A stretch of DNA of 64,000 nucleotides from Bacteroidota bacterium (GTDB lineage Bacteria > Bacteroidota > Ignavibacteria > Kryptoniales > JAKASW01). Shown here in pieces: positions 55,481 to 64,000 of the stretch. A program made the translations under genes and the position numbers. The notes beneath the pieces are model-generated. The model saw nothing but the letters and a program-made list of their open reading frames with translations. It was not told the DNA's origin and searched no databases. The stretch's first letter is position 1. Every line of letters begins with the position of its first letter. The stretch is from NCBI GenBank assembly GCA_021789975.1, contig JAJYIT010000001.1, forward strand, positions 12,247 through 76,246, read 5' to 3'.

Positions 55481-56659
55481 ATGAACCATTACAAGTACGT
55501 TATCGTCGGCGGAGGAATGACAGCGGATTCAGCCGTCAAAGGCATCAGGGACTTTGATACCATAGGGACAGTTGCGATCTTCAGTGAGGAGAAGGTACTT
55601 CCATATAACAGGCCTCCTCTTTCAAAGGGAGTGTGGAAGGGCGAGCAGCTCGATACCATCTGGAGGAAAACCGACCAATACAAAGTGGATTTCTATCCTT
55701 CAATTACTATAACCCATGTAAGTCCGTCCGACAGATTTGTTAAGTCAGGTGATGGCCAATCGTACACATACGAGAAACTACTCCTTGCCACAGGTGGCTC
55801 CACGCGAAAACTTGCATTCGGAAACAACGACATGATCTATTTTCGTACACAAGGAGACTATACGAACCTTCGGATCGCGGCCGATAAACATCAGGAATTT
55901 GTCGTCATAGGCGGAGGCTTTATCGGCTCAGAGATAGCTGCGGCTCTTGCGATGAACAACGAAAAGGTGACTATGATACTTCCAGAAGAAGGAATCGGAA
56001 GAAAGATTTACCCGAAGGGATTATCATCGTTCCTCGTGAAGTACTACAATGAGAGAGGCGTAGTTGTCCGTGCAGGCGAGTCTGTGAAAGCAATAGAAGG
56101 GAATGTGTCCCGTTATGTCATAAAAACCAGTAGTGGTAAAAGTGTTTCGGCGGGCTGTGTTGTAGCAGGCCTGGGAATAACGCCCAATGACTCGCTCGCC
56201 AAATCGGCAGGTCTGGCAACCGATAATGGAATAATAGTGGACTCTCTTGTGAGGACAACCGACCACGATGTGTTTGCCGCTGGCGATGTTGCTAATTTCT
56301 ACAACTCAGCTCTTGACAAGAGAATGCGCGTGGAGCATGAAGACAATGCCAACAAGATGGGAACAATTGCGGGACACAACATGACAGGCAGGATGGAGAG
56401 ATATGATTATCTACCTTTCTTCTACTCGGATCTCTTCGACTTGGGATTTGAGGCCGTCGGAGAGCTCGACTCAAGACTGGAAACGTATGAAGACTGGATT
56501 GAACAATACATGAAAGGAGTCGTGTACTATCTTGCGGATGGACTTGTCAAGGGAGCGCTGCTTTGGAATACTTGGGGAAAGGTTGACGAAGCCCGTGAGC
56601 TTGTAAACTCGAAGAAAAGTCAAACAAAGATGTCCCTAAAGGGAATGATACGAGACTGA
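55481..56659 (+). CDS. FAD-dependent pyridine nucleotide-disulfide oxidoreductase (ferredoxin-reductase/AIF-like)
   Basis: The FAD GxGxxG is YVIVGGGMTADSA, the NAD(P) GxGxxG FVVIGGGFIGSEIAAAL, and FAAGDVA is present. Confidence 0.85.
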   Translation: MNHYKYVIVGGGMTADSAVKGIRDFDTIGTVAIFSEEKVLPYNRPPLSKGVWKGEQLDTIWRKTDQYKVDFYPSITITHVSPSDRFVKSGDGQSYTYEKLLLATGGSTRKLAFGNNDMIYFRTQGDYTNLRIAADKHQEFVVIGGGFIGSEIAAALAMNNEKVTMILPEEGIGRKIYPKGLSSFLVKYYNERGVVVRAGESVKAIEGNVSRYVIKTSSGKSVSAGCVVAGLGITPNDSLAKSAGLATDNGIIVDSLVRTTDHDVFAAGDVANFYNSALDKRMRVEHEDNANKMGTIAGHNMTGRMERYDYLPFFYSDLFDLGFEAVGELDSRLETYEDWIEQYMKGVVYYLADGLVKGALLWNTWGKVDEARELVNSKKSQTKMSLKGMIRD

Positions 56660-56746
56660 GTGGAGAAGAAGGTTACCCTCAACTCGGTTTGCGTCGTGAG
56701 TAACCTTCAGATTATGAAGCGGCAGGTGGCCTTTAAGGCGCAATCT

Positions 56747-57511
56747 TCAGGCGAACGTGCCGCCGAGCACGAATACGCTGAACAATCCCCAAACAATCCA
56801 AAGCCCGAATACCCACATCGCCACTTCGGCGGTCTTTTTATCCGCGAGCTTTCCAAGTCCGATCGATATCAGAACTAAACCCCATATTGTAAACAAGTCT
56901 AGTTTTGAAAGGAGGATGTGTGATTTGCTTAGCGTACCTGCCTGGGTGAAAAGCCCGAGGTTCAAGCCCGCATTAAGTTTCGACATCGTGATGGATAGGA
57001 CTATTCCGATCAACAATCCAAGGGCAGCGATCCAGTTCGAAAGTCCGACCACACCCATAGATTGTGCGTAAGTAATCGAACCCTTCAGAGCAAATTTTGC
57101 CACTACCAGCCAGACGCCCGACACGACAAAGAAAACGACGAAGATACCGAAGAACGCCCCCATAACCGTCAAAATGGGCAGAAATGACGAACCGCCTCCC
57201 TCCATCGCAGCCTTCGCTTGCTGTGCCTGCTCGGCAGTCATCTTTCCTTCGGTCACCCTTTTGTTGAGACTTTGCTCCATGATCTGCATGGTCTGATAAC
57301 GAAGATCCGGATTGCTATACGCTACATATCCGCTGAGGCTGCCAAGAATTGCGAGGATGAGTACCGGCACGAACCAGTCCGCGAACTTAGCGCCGGTTGA
57401 CTTGATGGATTCGAAAACTCTCGACGGCTCATAGAAGACACCTGCAGCTTTGTCAATGAACGTCATCGGTTCTTCAGTCGGTTGTTCTGCAGTAACAGGT
57501 CGCTCAGACAT
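56747..57511 (-). CDS. Yip1-domain integral membrane protein
   Basis: The N-terminal soluble segment FIDKAAGVFYEPSRVFESIK is followed by five TM segments, as in Yip1/DUF1282 proteins. Confidence 0.55.
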   Translation of the reverse strand: MSERPVTAEQPTEEPMTFIDKAAGVFYEPSRVFESIKSTGAKFADWFVPVLILAILGSLSGYVAYSNPDLRYQTMQIMEQSLNKRVTEGKMTAEQAQQAKAAMEGGGSSFLPILTVMGAFFGIFVVFFVVSGVWLVVAKFALKGSITYAQSMGVVGLSNWIAALGLLIGIVLSITMSKLNAGLNLGLFTQAGTLSKSHILLSKLDLFTIWGLVLISIGLGKLADKKTAEVAMWVFGLWIVWGLFSVFVLGGTFA

Positions 57512-57619
57512 GTGACCTCCTTCTCTGTTAGGTTAGTTTAACGGTGCATGATTTACCGAGGCTCACGCAGCCCACATTGTTATTGAACGCCGATTCGTGA
57601 GGCCGCGACTCGCCCTATG

Positions 57620-58027
57620 CTACGAACGGTACAAATCCGGATGGCTGGCAAAGAACAGGCTAATTATGATGGCGAACGCAATCCCGAAGACAACAATGAT
57701 AAGAGCTACGATCAGGATTATTTTCTGGATTCTAAAGTAGCGACTCTGCTGGTCTATGGCAAGTCGGAGCAGGTTGCTATCACCTGATTGGGCGTAAGAA
57801 TCGAAAGAGAAACCGGAGTCACGCAGGCGCATGCCGGATATTAACCATGGAACTCCGAGCAATGCGCCGACAATAGTCAGTGAGTACAATCCTCCGGCAA
57901 TAATGTAGAACACACCCATGAATTTCATATCGCGCGACATATTGTACAAAGAGACATTTGAAAGGACGGGTGCCTGAGGACTTGAGGCGGCCGGCGCATT
58001 AGTACTGGCTGATTCCTGCTCCATCAA
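57620..58027 (-). CDS. Small membrane protein (DUF5362-like)
   Basis: There are two TM hairpin segments (FMGVFYIIAGGLYSLTIVGALLGVPWLISG and IILIVALIIVVFGIAFAIIISLFF). The family call is tentative. Confidence 0.45.
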   Translation of the reverse strand: MMEQESASTNAPAASSPQAPVLSNVSLYNMSRDMKFMGVFYIIAGGLYSLTIVGALLGVPWLISGMRLRDSGFSFDSYAQSGDSNLLRLAIDQQSRYFRIQKIILIVALIIVVFGIAFAIIISLFFASHPDLYRS

Positions 58028-58184
58028 ATACCCTCCTTTTTCATGAAGTTAGTCAGCATGCACCAGAAGTCCAAACAATAGAGGCGCTTGTGATTCACAT
58101 ATGGCGTTTGGCATCACAAACCGAGTCGCAGTAGGTTCCCAGTCACATCAATCTTTGTTAAATTGTTTCAAACAGGAGTGTCCT

Positions 58185-61073
58185 ATGGCTTCTAAACGCT
58201 TCTTCATACTCGACGGAACTGCTCTTGCATACCGTGCTTATTTTGCCATGATCGCTCGCCCCCTTGTGAATTCCAAGGGCCAGAATACAAGTGCAGTTTT
58301 CGGGTTCGCGAACTACCTCATGAAGATAATCGGAGACGAAAGACCGGACTACCTGGTTGCGGTCTTCGATACCGGCGAACCAACGTTCCGGCACAAAATG
58401 TACCCGGAGTACAAAGCAACGAGAGAAAAGATGCCGGAGGATATGATATCCCAGCTAGGGCACATTAAAAAGATGTTGAACGCATTCGGTGTCCCGACCG
58501 TGGAGAGGCCGGGGTATGAGGCGGACGACGTTATAGGGACGCTTGCCAACCTCGCTGCCAAAGAGAATATCGACGTCTTTATGGTAACCGGCGACAAGGA
58601 TTTCATGCAGCTCGTAACGCCGAGAATCAAAATGTATAAACCGGGAAAGAGCGGGACCGAAGTCGAAACTGTTGATGAGAAAGGCGTCAAAGAAAAATTT
58701 GGCGTCAAGCCGGAGCAGGTAATCGAGGTCATGGCACTAACTGGAGACGCCGTTGACAACGTGCCCGGCATAAAGGGAATAGGCGAAAAGACGGCGATAC
58801 CCCTGATTCAGGAATATGGAACACTGGAGAAAGTCCTTGCTAACGCTGACAAGGTCCAGAAACCCGCACTGAGAGAGAAGCTCAAACAGGGCAAGGAAAT
58901 GGCGCTCTTGTCGAAAAAGTTGGTAACGATTAAAACCGATGTTCCCCTCGGCGTGGATTTTCACACCCTCAAGGAGAAGAGAACAGATTCAAATGAGATA
59001 GAAAGGCTTTTTATTGAGCTCGAATTCAGATCGCTTCTGAGGAAGGCTCAGCAAGTGGCGGAGATGGGAGGTCACCGAGTAGAAAAGAAGGATGCCGGAG
59101 ATGGTAGACAGGAGAGTGAGGACAGAAGGCCGGAGACGGGAGAAGAGGAAAGTAAGGGAAACCGCGAATCGTCGAACCTGCCTGCCGGACAGGCGGGCGC
59201 GCGAAACGATGCTGCGCAGACAGAAGGAGATCTTGAAAGTATATCGACAGTCAAGCACTCTTACAAACTTATAAGCACTTTATCCGAATTGCAGAAGCTT
59301 GTACAGAAGCTGAAGTCGGCGGAAATACTGTCCATGGATACGGAGACCACGGACTTGAATCCGTTAAATGCGGAACTCGTGGGGATCTCCCTATCTGTGA
59401 AACCGCACGAGGCTTTCTATGTTAGCGTGATCTCAAAAGGCTATGATCTCTTCTCCGGTGTCGAAGCTCGCTCGGGCATCGGAGCGGAAGACGCCATCAA
59501 GGTATTGAAACCTATTCTTGAATCGAAGAAAATCGACAAGATCGGTCAGAACTTGAAGTATGATATGCTGGTCTTGTCGAACTACGGCGTCGAAACTCAG
59601 GGAGTAGCATTTGACTCGATGGTCGCTTCATATGTCCTGGATTCCGATGGCCAGCATAATTTAGACAGTCTTGCGAAGAAATACTTGAGTTACAAACCGG
59701 TGCCGATCGAGGACTTGATTGGCAAAGGCAAGGCTCAGAAGAATATGCGGGAAGTGGATCCGAAGATTGTCACGGAATATTCGGGCGAAGATGCCGATGT
59801 CGCACTGCAGTTAAAGGATGTGCTTCAAAATAAATTGGACAAATCGAATCTTACTCAATTGTGCGAGAAGGTCGAGTTCCCGCTGATAGAAGTGCTGGCG
59901 GCCATGGAACGAACCGGTGTGAAAATCGACACCGAAATCCTTGCAGACATTTCAAAAGAACTTGAGCGGATGATTGAAAACCTGGGTGATGATGTCTACA
60001 GGCTTGCCGGAACTGAGTTCAACATAAATTCGCCAAAGCAGCTCGCCGACATCCTGTTTAATAAAATCAAGCTGGCTCCTACAAAGAGGACAAAGACCGG
60101 TTTCTCCACAGACGTATTCGTCCTGGAAGAAATGAGCAACGAACACCCGATTGCCGCCAAGATTCTCGATTACAGAAAACTCACCAAGCTCAAGGGAACT
60201 TACGTGGATGCTCTCCCGGCATTGATAAACCCAAAAACCGGGAGAGTCCACACTTCCTTCAACCAAACAGTAGCCGCCACAGGACGGCTGAGCTCCTCCG
60301 ATCCTAATCTTCAGAACATCCCGATTCGCGGTGAGATGGGAAAGGAAATTAGAAAGGCATTCGTTCCCGGCGAGAAAGGATGGATGCTTGTCTCCGCGGA
60401 CTATTCGCAGATCGAGCTGCGCGTCATGGCACACATCTGTAAAGATGAAGGGCTCATCGACGCGTTCAAAAAGCACGAGGATATCCATCGTACTACAGCA
60501 TCGAAAGTGTTCGGTGTCCCTCCCGAAAAGGTTACATCAGACATGCGCCGGAAAGCCAAGGAAGTGAACTTTGGATTGCTTTACGGTATCGGCCCCTACG
60601 GGCTAAAGATTCGCCTCGGTATCTCACAGGGTGAGGCGAAGGAGGTTATCGATACCTACTTCCAAAGATTCCCGCGTGTCAGGGAGTACATTAACGGCAC
60701 GCTTGATTTCGCCCGGAAGCACGGCTATGTCGAGACGCTCCTGGGTAGACGACGTTACCTGGCTAACATAAACAGCAAAAACGCTGCAGCGCGGATGGCG
60801 GAAGAGAGGCAAGCCATTAATATGCCGATACAGGGTACGGCTGCCGATATGATCAAGCTGGCGATGATCGATGTTCACCGAGAAATGAAAAAGCTCAAGA
60901 TGAAATCCAATATGATACTTCAGGTGCATGACGAGCTTGTATTTGAAGCTCCGAAAAACGAGTTGAAAGAGCTCGAAGAGCTTGTTGTCGACAAAATGAA
61001 GACTGCCTTGAAACTCAGCATACCGGCGGATGTAGAAGTCGGCGAAGGACCTAACTGGCTTGATGCGCACTGA
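58185..61073 (+). CDS. polA: DNA polymerase I (5'-nuclease, 3'-5' exonuclease and polymerase domains)
   Basis: The 5'-nuclease block is FILDGTALAYRAYFA and Exo I is SMDTETTDL. Polymerase motif A is DYSQIELRVMAH, motif B RRKAKEVNFGLLYG and motif C QVHDELVFE. ATG 58185 follows aggag. Confidence 0.95.
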   Translation: MASKRFFILDGTALAYRAYFAMIARPLVNSKGQNTSAVFGFANYLMKIIGDERPDYLVAVFDTGEPTFRHKMYPEYKATREKMPEDMISQLGHIKKMLNAFGVPTVERPGYEADDVIGTLANLAAKENIDVFMVTGDKDFMQLVTPRIKMYKPGKSGTEVETVDEKGVKEKFGVKPEQVIEVMALTGDAVDNVPGIKGIGEKTAIPLIQEYGTLEKVLANADKVQKPALREKLKQGKEMALLSKKLVTIKTDVPLGVDFHTLKEKRTDSNEIERLFIELEFRSLLRKAQQVAEMGGHRVEKKDAGDGRQESEDRRPETGEEESKGNRESSNLPAGQAGARNDAAQTEGDLESISTVKHSYKLISTLSELQKLVQKLKSAEILSMDTETTDLNPLNAELVGISLSVKPHEAFYVSVISKGYDLFSGVEARSGIGAEDAIKVLKPILESKKIDKIGQNLKYDMLVLSNYGVETQGVAFDSMVASYVLDSDGQHNLDSLAKKYLSYKPVPIEDLIGKGKAQKNMREVDPKIVTEYSGEDADVALQLKDVLQNKLDKSNLTQLCEKVEFPLIEVLAAMERTGVKIDTEILADISKELERMIENLGDDVYRLAGTEFNINSPKQLADILFNKIKLAPTKRTKTGFSTDVFVLEEMSNEHPIAAKILDYRKLTKLKGTYVDALPALINPKTGRVHTSFNQTVAATGRLSSSDPNLQNIPIRGEMGKEIRKAFVPGEKGWMLVSADYSQIELRVMAHICKDEGLIDAFKKHEDIHRTTASKVFGVPPEKVTSDMRRKAKEVNFGLLYGIGPYGLKIRLGISQGEAKEVIDTYFQRFPRVREYINGTLDFARKHGYVETLLGRRRYLANINSKNAAARMAEERQAINMPIQGTAADMIKLAMIDVHREMKKLKMKSNMILQVHDELVFEAPKNELKELEELVVDKMKTALKLSIPADVEVGEGPNWLDAH

Positions 61074-61149
61074 AGCAGTCTATGTCCAGGAAAAGAACTT
61101 TCAAGACAAGGGTTGCTCCATTATATTTAACTAGACTCTGGAAAGGAAA

Positions 61150-61369
61150 GCGAAACCCGATCTTGAAAAACGAATCGGGGAGTTGGCTCGCACGGAAGGG
61201 ATTTTTCTGGTTGAAGAAATGCGGTATACCATTGTTCATGAGAACGAAGGAATCGACCCTTGCGATCGCAGAAGGAGGAACTTAAGCGCTGCCGCTAGTC
61301 TTACCAGGAGAACCTTTTGCAGGGAAGGGCGTTGGAAGAGATCGGAGTTGGATCTCCCGGAGCGTGATG
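61150..61369 (+). pseudogene. Degraded antitoxin ('addiction module component'-like) remnant
   Basis: Fragments are spread over frames: ..EKRIGELARTEGI.., ..LRSQKEELKRCR*SYQENLLQGRALEEI.. resembling ..EL.rRl..Y..nP..g..WeEi.. of TIGR02574-type antitoxins. No intact ORF survives. Confidence 0.35.
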
Positions 61370-61648
61370 ATTGAAATCCGGTTTCAACCTGATGCCGAAC
61401 AGGAATTTCGTGAAGTTTTTTTGTAGTATGATCGTCAGCAGCCGGATCTGGGTGCCGGTTTAAGCTTTGCATGACGGAGCAATCCAACGAGCACGCCTTT
61501 CCCCAGAAGAATCTCCAGGAGTCTTTCGAACGATTCACAGGGTTGTTGCTCGTATGAACCGCTAATTAACTTTGATCGAATCGTCGTCGTTTTCCATTCT
61601 CGTCGCGATCCGAAAACGTGGCACAGCAGAACAGGGAGTCAGCCGTGA
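61367..61648 (+). pseudogene. RelE/ParE-family toxin pseudogene with in-frame TAG (61424) and TGA (61472) and probable internal frameshifts
   Basis: It reads MIEIRFQPDAEQEFREVFL*YDRQQPDLGAGLSFA*...YEPLINFDRIVVVFHSRRDPKTWH. This matches the family pattern i.F.peAe.El.ea..wYe.q.pGLG..F...FPY.i.Y....d.i.v.av.H.sR.P.yW. Confidence 0.6.
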
Positions 61649-61673
61649 CTATTAACACTGAATTCATACCGAA

Positions 61674-64000
61674 ATGAAATCACGAAAATCTGTCATCCTC
61701 CTCGCAGCGTCGGCAGTCGTGGGTTTTCTTCTGTTCATCGTGCTCATTCCCGACTATTCCATACTCTACTCGATAAACTCAACTCTTGACCGCGGACAGG
61801 CCATTAATGAGTCAAAGCAAGTTGCGCGAGTTCTGGGCATTTCACTACCTCATAACCTGATTCAGAACACAACTTTCCAGTCCGACGGTGTAGCTCTTGC
61901 TTACTCGAAGAAGATGATCGGGACACGTATGACGAATGTCCTGGTGAGGGAAGACTCCATACCATTGAACTCGTGGGAGGTTGTTTGGTTCGATGCATCG
62001 AAGCAAGCAAGCGAGGGGACAACATTGGCTGTCACTATGTCGGAAGGCGGCAGGCTGTTGAGATACAGGCATTATGTTCCCGACACAGCCTCCGGACTAT
62101 TTCTGGATGAGAAGGGGGCATTGAAGAGCTTTCACAGTTATTGGGAAAGTCGGGGATTCAACCGGCTGACAGGGATAGCTCTCTCTAGTTGGAAGCTGAG
62201 TTCATCCGAACCTGTTGTTCTCGAGCACTGGCAGGACTGGTTGCTTACTTTTGTAAAGGATACTTCACGCGTCAAGGGTTTGAAGGAAGAGCTGAAGGCG
62301 CGAATCGATGGCGACCAAATTGTCCGGCTTGAAATAAACTACAATCCACCCGATCAGTTTGCGACGACATACACCGCAAAGACCTATCCGTTTGTCTTCC
62401 TAACCATCATATTGTGGGTCATGATGTTCGTGCTCTTCGCGGTCGGTCTTGTGATCTTCCTGCGTCGATATAATGAAGGAGAGGCAGGGATTGGCTCTTC
62501 TATGTCTGTCAGCGTCACATATTACATATTAGCCGCCATCAGCTATATCCTTTCATTCTCGTCAATCGCTTCCGGGTTGGGAATCGGCACGATGAATATT
62601 CTTTACAAGAGCCTGATCGCAATCGGAGTTGTGATTCTTTTATGGCTTCCGCTCGTTGCTATTCTCACTTTTTCCTCATGGGGTGTCGGCGAATCGTCTG
62701 CGCGTGCGATCTGGCCCGACAAGCTATACTCATTTGACGCAGCATCCCACTTGAAACTCCTAAATAGTAAACTCGGTAGTTCCGTCCTCCGCGGATACGC
62801 ATTCGCCGGTTTGATCCTCGGGGTTTATGCTATCCTCCATCCTTTGATTCGTCTTCAAGATTACGCAGGCGAATTCATCGGTGCGGGCACGCCGCTGGAC
62901 TCGTATGTCCCATCGATCAAAGTTCTTGCAGAGGCCCTGGCGATGGCGCTTTTCGGGGAGACATTCTCGCGACTCGGGATCCTTTCGTATTTCGGCCGGA
63001 AAAAGATAGGCAAAGGCATCGCGGCGTCCTTGCTGGTGATCTTTCCTTCATTGTTCTATCCTTTGCCGTTTGGTGAGTATAATGTCCTGGCCCGGATACT
63101 CTTCACTCTCGCCCTCTCGGCCACGCTCATTTTTCTATTTCTCAAATACGATTTTGTTACCGCTCTCGTCACAAGCGCACTCTTCTGTTCCGCGCAGGGA
63201 TTGATACCTGTTTTCAGTTCCTCGAATTCATACTTTCAGATCAACGCACTCGTGGCATCGGCTCTGCTTGTGTTGCCGATCTTAATTTCTTTGGCGGGCA
63301 TCTGGAAGAAACAACCGTTCGAGCTGACGGTTGACCTCATGCCGGCACACATCCGTCGGATCAGCGAGAGAGAAAGAATGGCGAGGGAACTTGAGATAGC
63401 CAAGAGCGTTCAGAATAATCTGTTCCCAAGAACCACCCCGAACATACCTCAACTTGAGTTCGGCGGCGTATGTATCCCGGCACTCGAGGTCGGTGGGGAT
63501 TATTACGACTTTGTAGAGATGGAAGGTGGCTTGGTCGGCACTGCTATTGCCGATGTTTCCGGTAAAGGACTACCCGCTGCGATATACATGACGCTGACCA
63601 AAGGAGCCCTGCAGGCATCGGCCGAAAATCAATCTTCGCCCAGAATTGTTCTCAGCAAGATCAATCAGATCGTCTACCGTTCTATATCCCGCGGCACTTT
63701 TATAAGTATGATCTACGCAGTAATTGACAGGAAGACGCACGCTGTAAGATTTGCGCGCGCAGGCCATAACCCGCTAGCACTTTTCTCCTCAGGTTCCAAG
63801 TCAGCACAGCTTTTCACACCGAATGGACTGGCCCTTGGACTTGATAGCGGCGAGAAATTCGACTCTACTTTAGAGGAGATGGAAGTGACGCTCAAGCCCG
63901 GTGACGCGCTTGTTTTCTACACGGATGGCTTCACGGAAGCTATGGATTCTCAGGCAAATGAGTTTGGCGAAGAAAGGTTGGTCGCACTGATTGAGTCAGT
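61674..64000 (+). CDS. Membrane-bound SpoIIE/PP2C-family (RsbU-like) protein phosphatase, 3'-partial; absent from the supplied ORF track
   Basis: By manual translation the frame is open from ATG 61674 to the window end. It encodes MKSRKSVILLAASAVVGFLLFIV, about 8 further TM segments, then ELEIAKSVQNNLFP...ALEVGGDYYDF...IADVSGKGLPAAIYM...ARAGHNP...VFYTDGFTEAMD. Confidence 0.85.
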   Translation, partial: MKSRKSVILLAASAVVGFLLFIVLIPDYSILYSINSTLDRGQAINESKQVARVLGISLPHNLIQNTTFQSDGVALAYSKKMIGTRMTNVLVREDSIPLNSWEVVWFDASKQASEGTTLAVTMSEGGRLLRYRHYVPDTASGLFLDEKGALKSFHSYWESRGFNRLTGIALSSWKLSSSEPVVLEHWQDWLLTFVKDTSRVKGLKEELKARIDGDQIVRLEINYNPPDQFATTYTAKTYPFVFLTIILWVMMFVLFAVGLVIFLRRYNEGEAGIGSSMSVSVTYYILAAISYILSFSSIASGLGIGTMNILYKSLIAIGVVILLWLPLVAILTFSSWGVGESSARAIWPDKLYSFDAASHLKLLNSKLGSSVLRGYAFAGLILGVYAILHPLIRLQDYAGEFIGAGTPLDSYVPSIKVLAEALAMALFGETFSRLGILSYFGRKKIGKGIAASLLVIFPSLFYPLPFGEYNVLARILFTLALSATLIFLFLKYDFVTALVTSALFCSAQGLIPVFSSSNSYFQINALVASALLVLPILISLAGIWKKQPFELTVDLMPAHIRRISERERMARELEIAKSVQNNLFPRTTPNIPQLEFGGVCIPALEVGGDYYDFVEMEGGLVGTAIADVSGKGLPAAIYMTLTKGALQASAENQSSPRIVLSKINQIVYRSISRGTFISMIYAVIDRKTHAVRFARAGHNPLALFSSGSKSAQLFTPNGLALGLDSGEKFDSTLEEMEVTLKPGDALVFYTDGFTEAMDSQANEFGEERLVALIES

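Overview
This is a 64-kb chromosomal window from a diderm bacterium, probably of the FCB/Ignavibacteria-Bacteroidota type. That placement is inferred from four proteins ending in Por/T9SS C-terminal sorting domains (CTDs), many lipoproteins and two CarboxypepD_reg-type TonB receptors. I recognised no rRNA, tRNA, CRISPR array, transposase or integrase. About 55 protein genes are supportable.

Housekeeping genes appear intact: def, folD, polA, a YmdB-like phosphoesterase, ybaK, a UbiD-family decarboxylase, CcmF-like heme lyase, an RqcH/NFACT protein, an ECF sigma factor with a ZAS anti-sigma factor, and a histidine kinase. A membrane SpoIIE/PP2C phosphatase runs off the 3' end and is missing from the supplied ORF track.

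The accessory or unusual blocks are:
1. A compact restriction-modification island (11697-14779) with a BamHI/BglII-like nuclease and two unrelated methyltransferases.
2. An 11.7-kb co-directional cell-envelope cluster (17974-29706): two T9SS cargo proteins, a lipoprotein, a TonB-dependent receptor, a PorV/PorQ-like barrel and an NHL lipoprotein. Unusual shared sequence elements sit at three of its gene starts.
3. A tightly overlapping operon (49009-55279) joining a TonB-dependent receptor, an eIF-2B-family isomerase-like enzyme and a complete ECF importer.
4. A 1369-aa T9SS protein with three ~635-nt tandem repeats.
5. Several disrupted accessory genes: a frameshifted T9SS CTD, a frameshifted DUF4160 gene next to a DUF2442 gene, an in-frame TAG in a membrane protein, a PD40-like remnant and a decayed RelE/ParE toxin-antitoxin module.

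All functional calls rest on motifs read by eye from the translations. No database search was run. Many start codons are uncertain.
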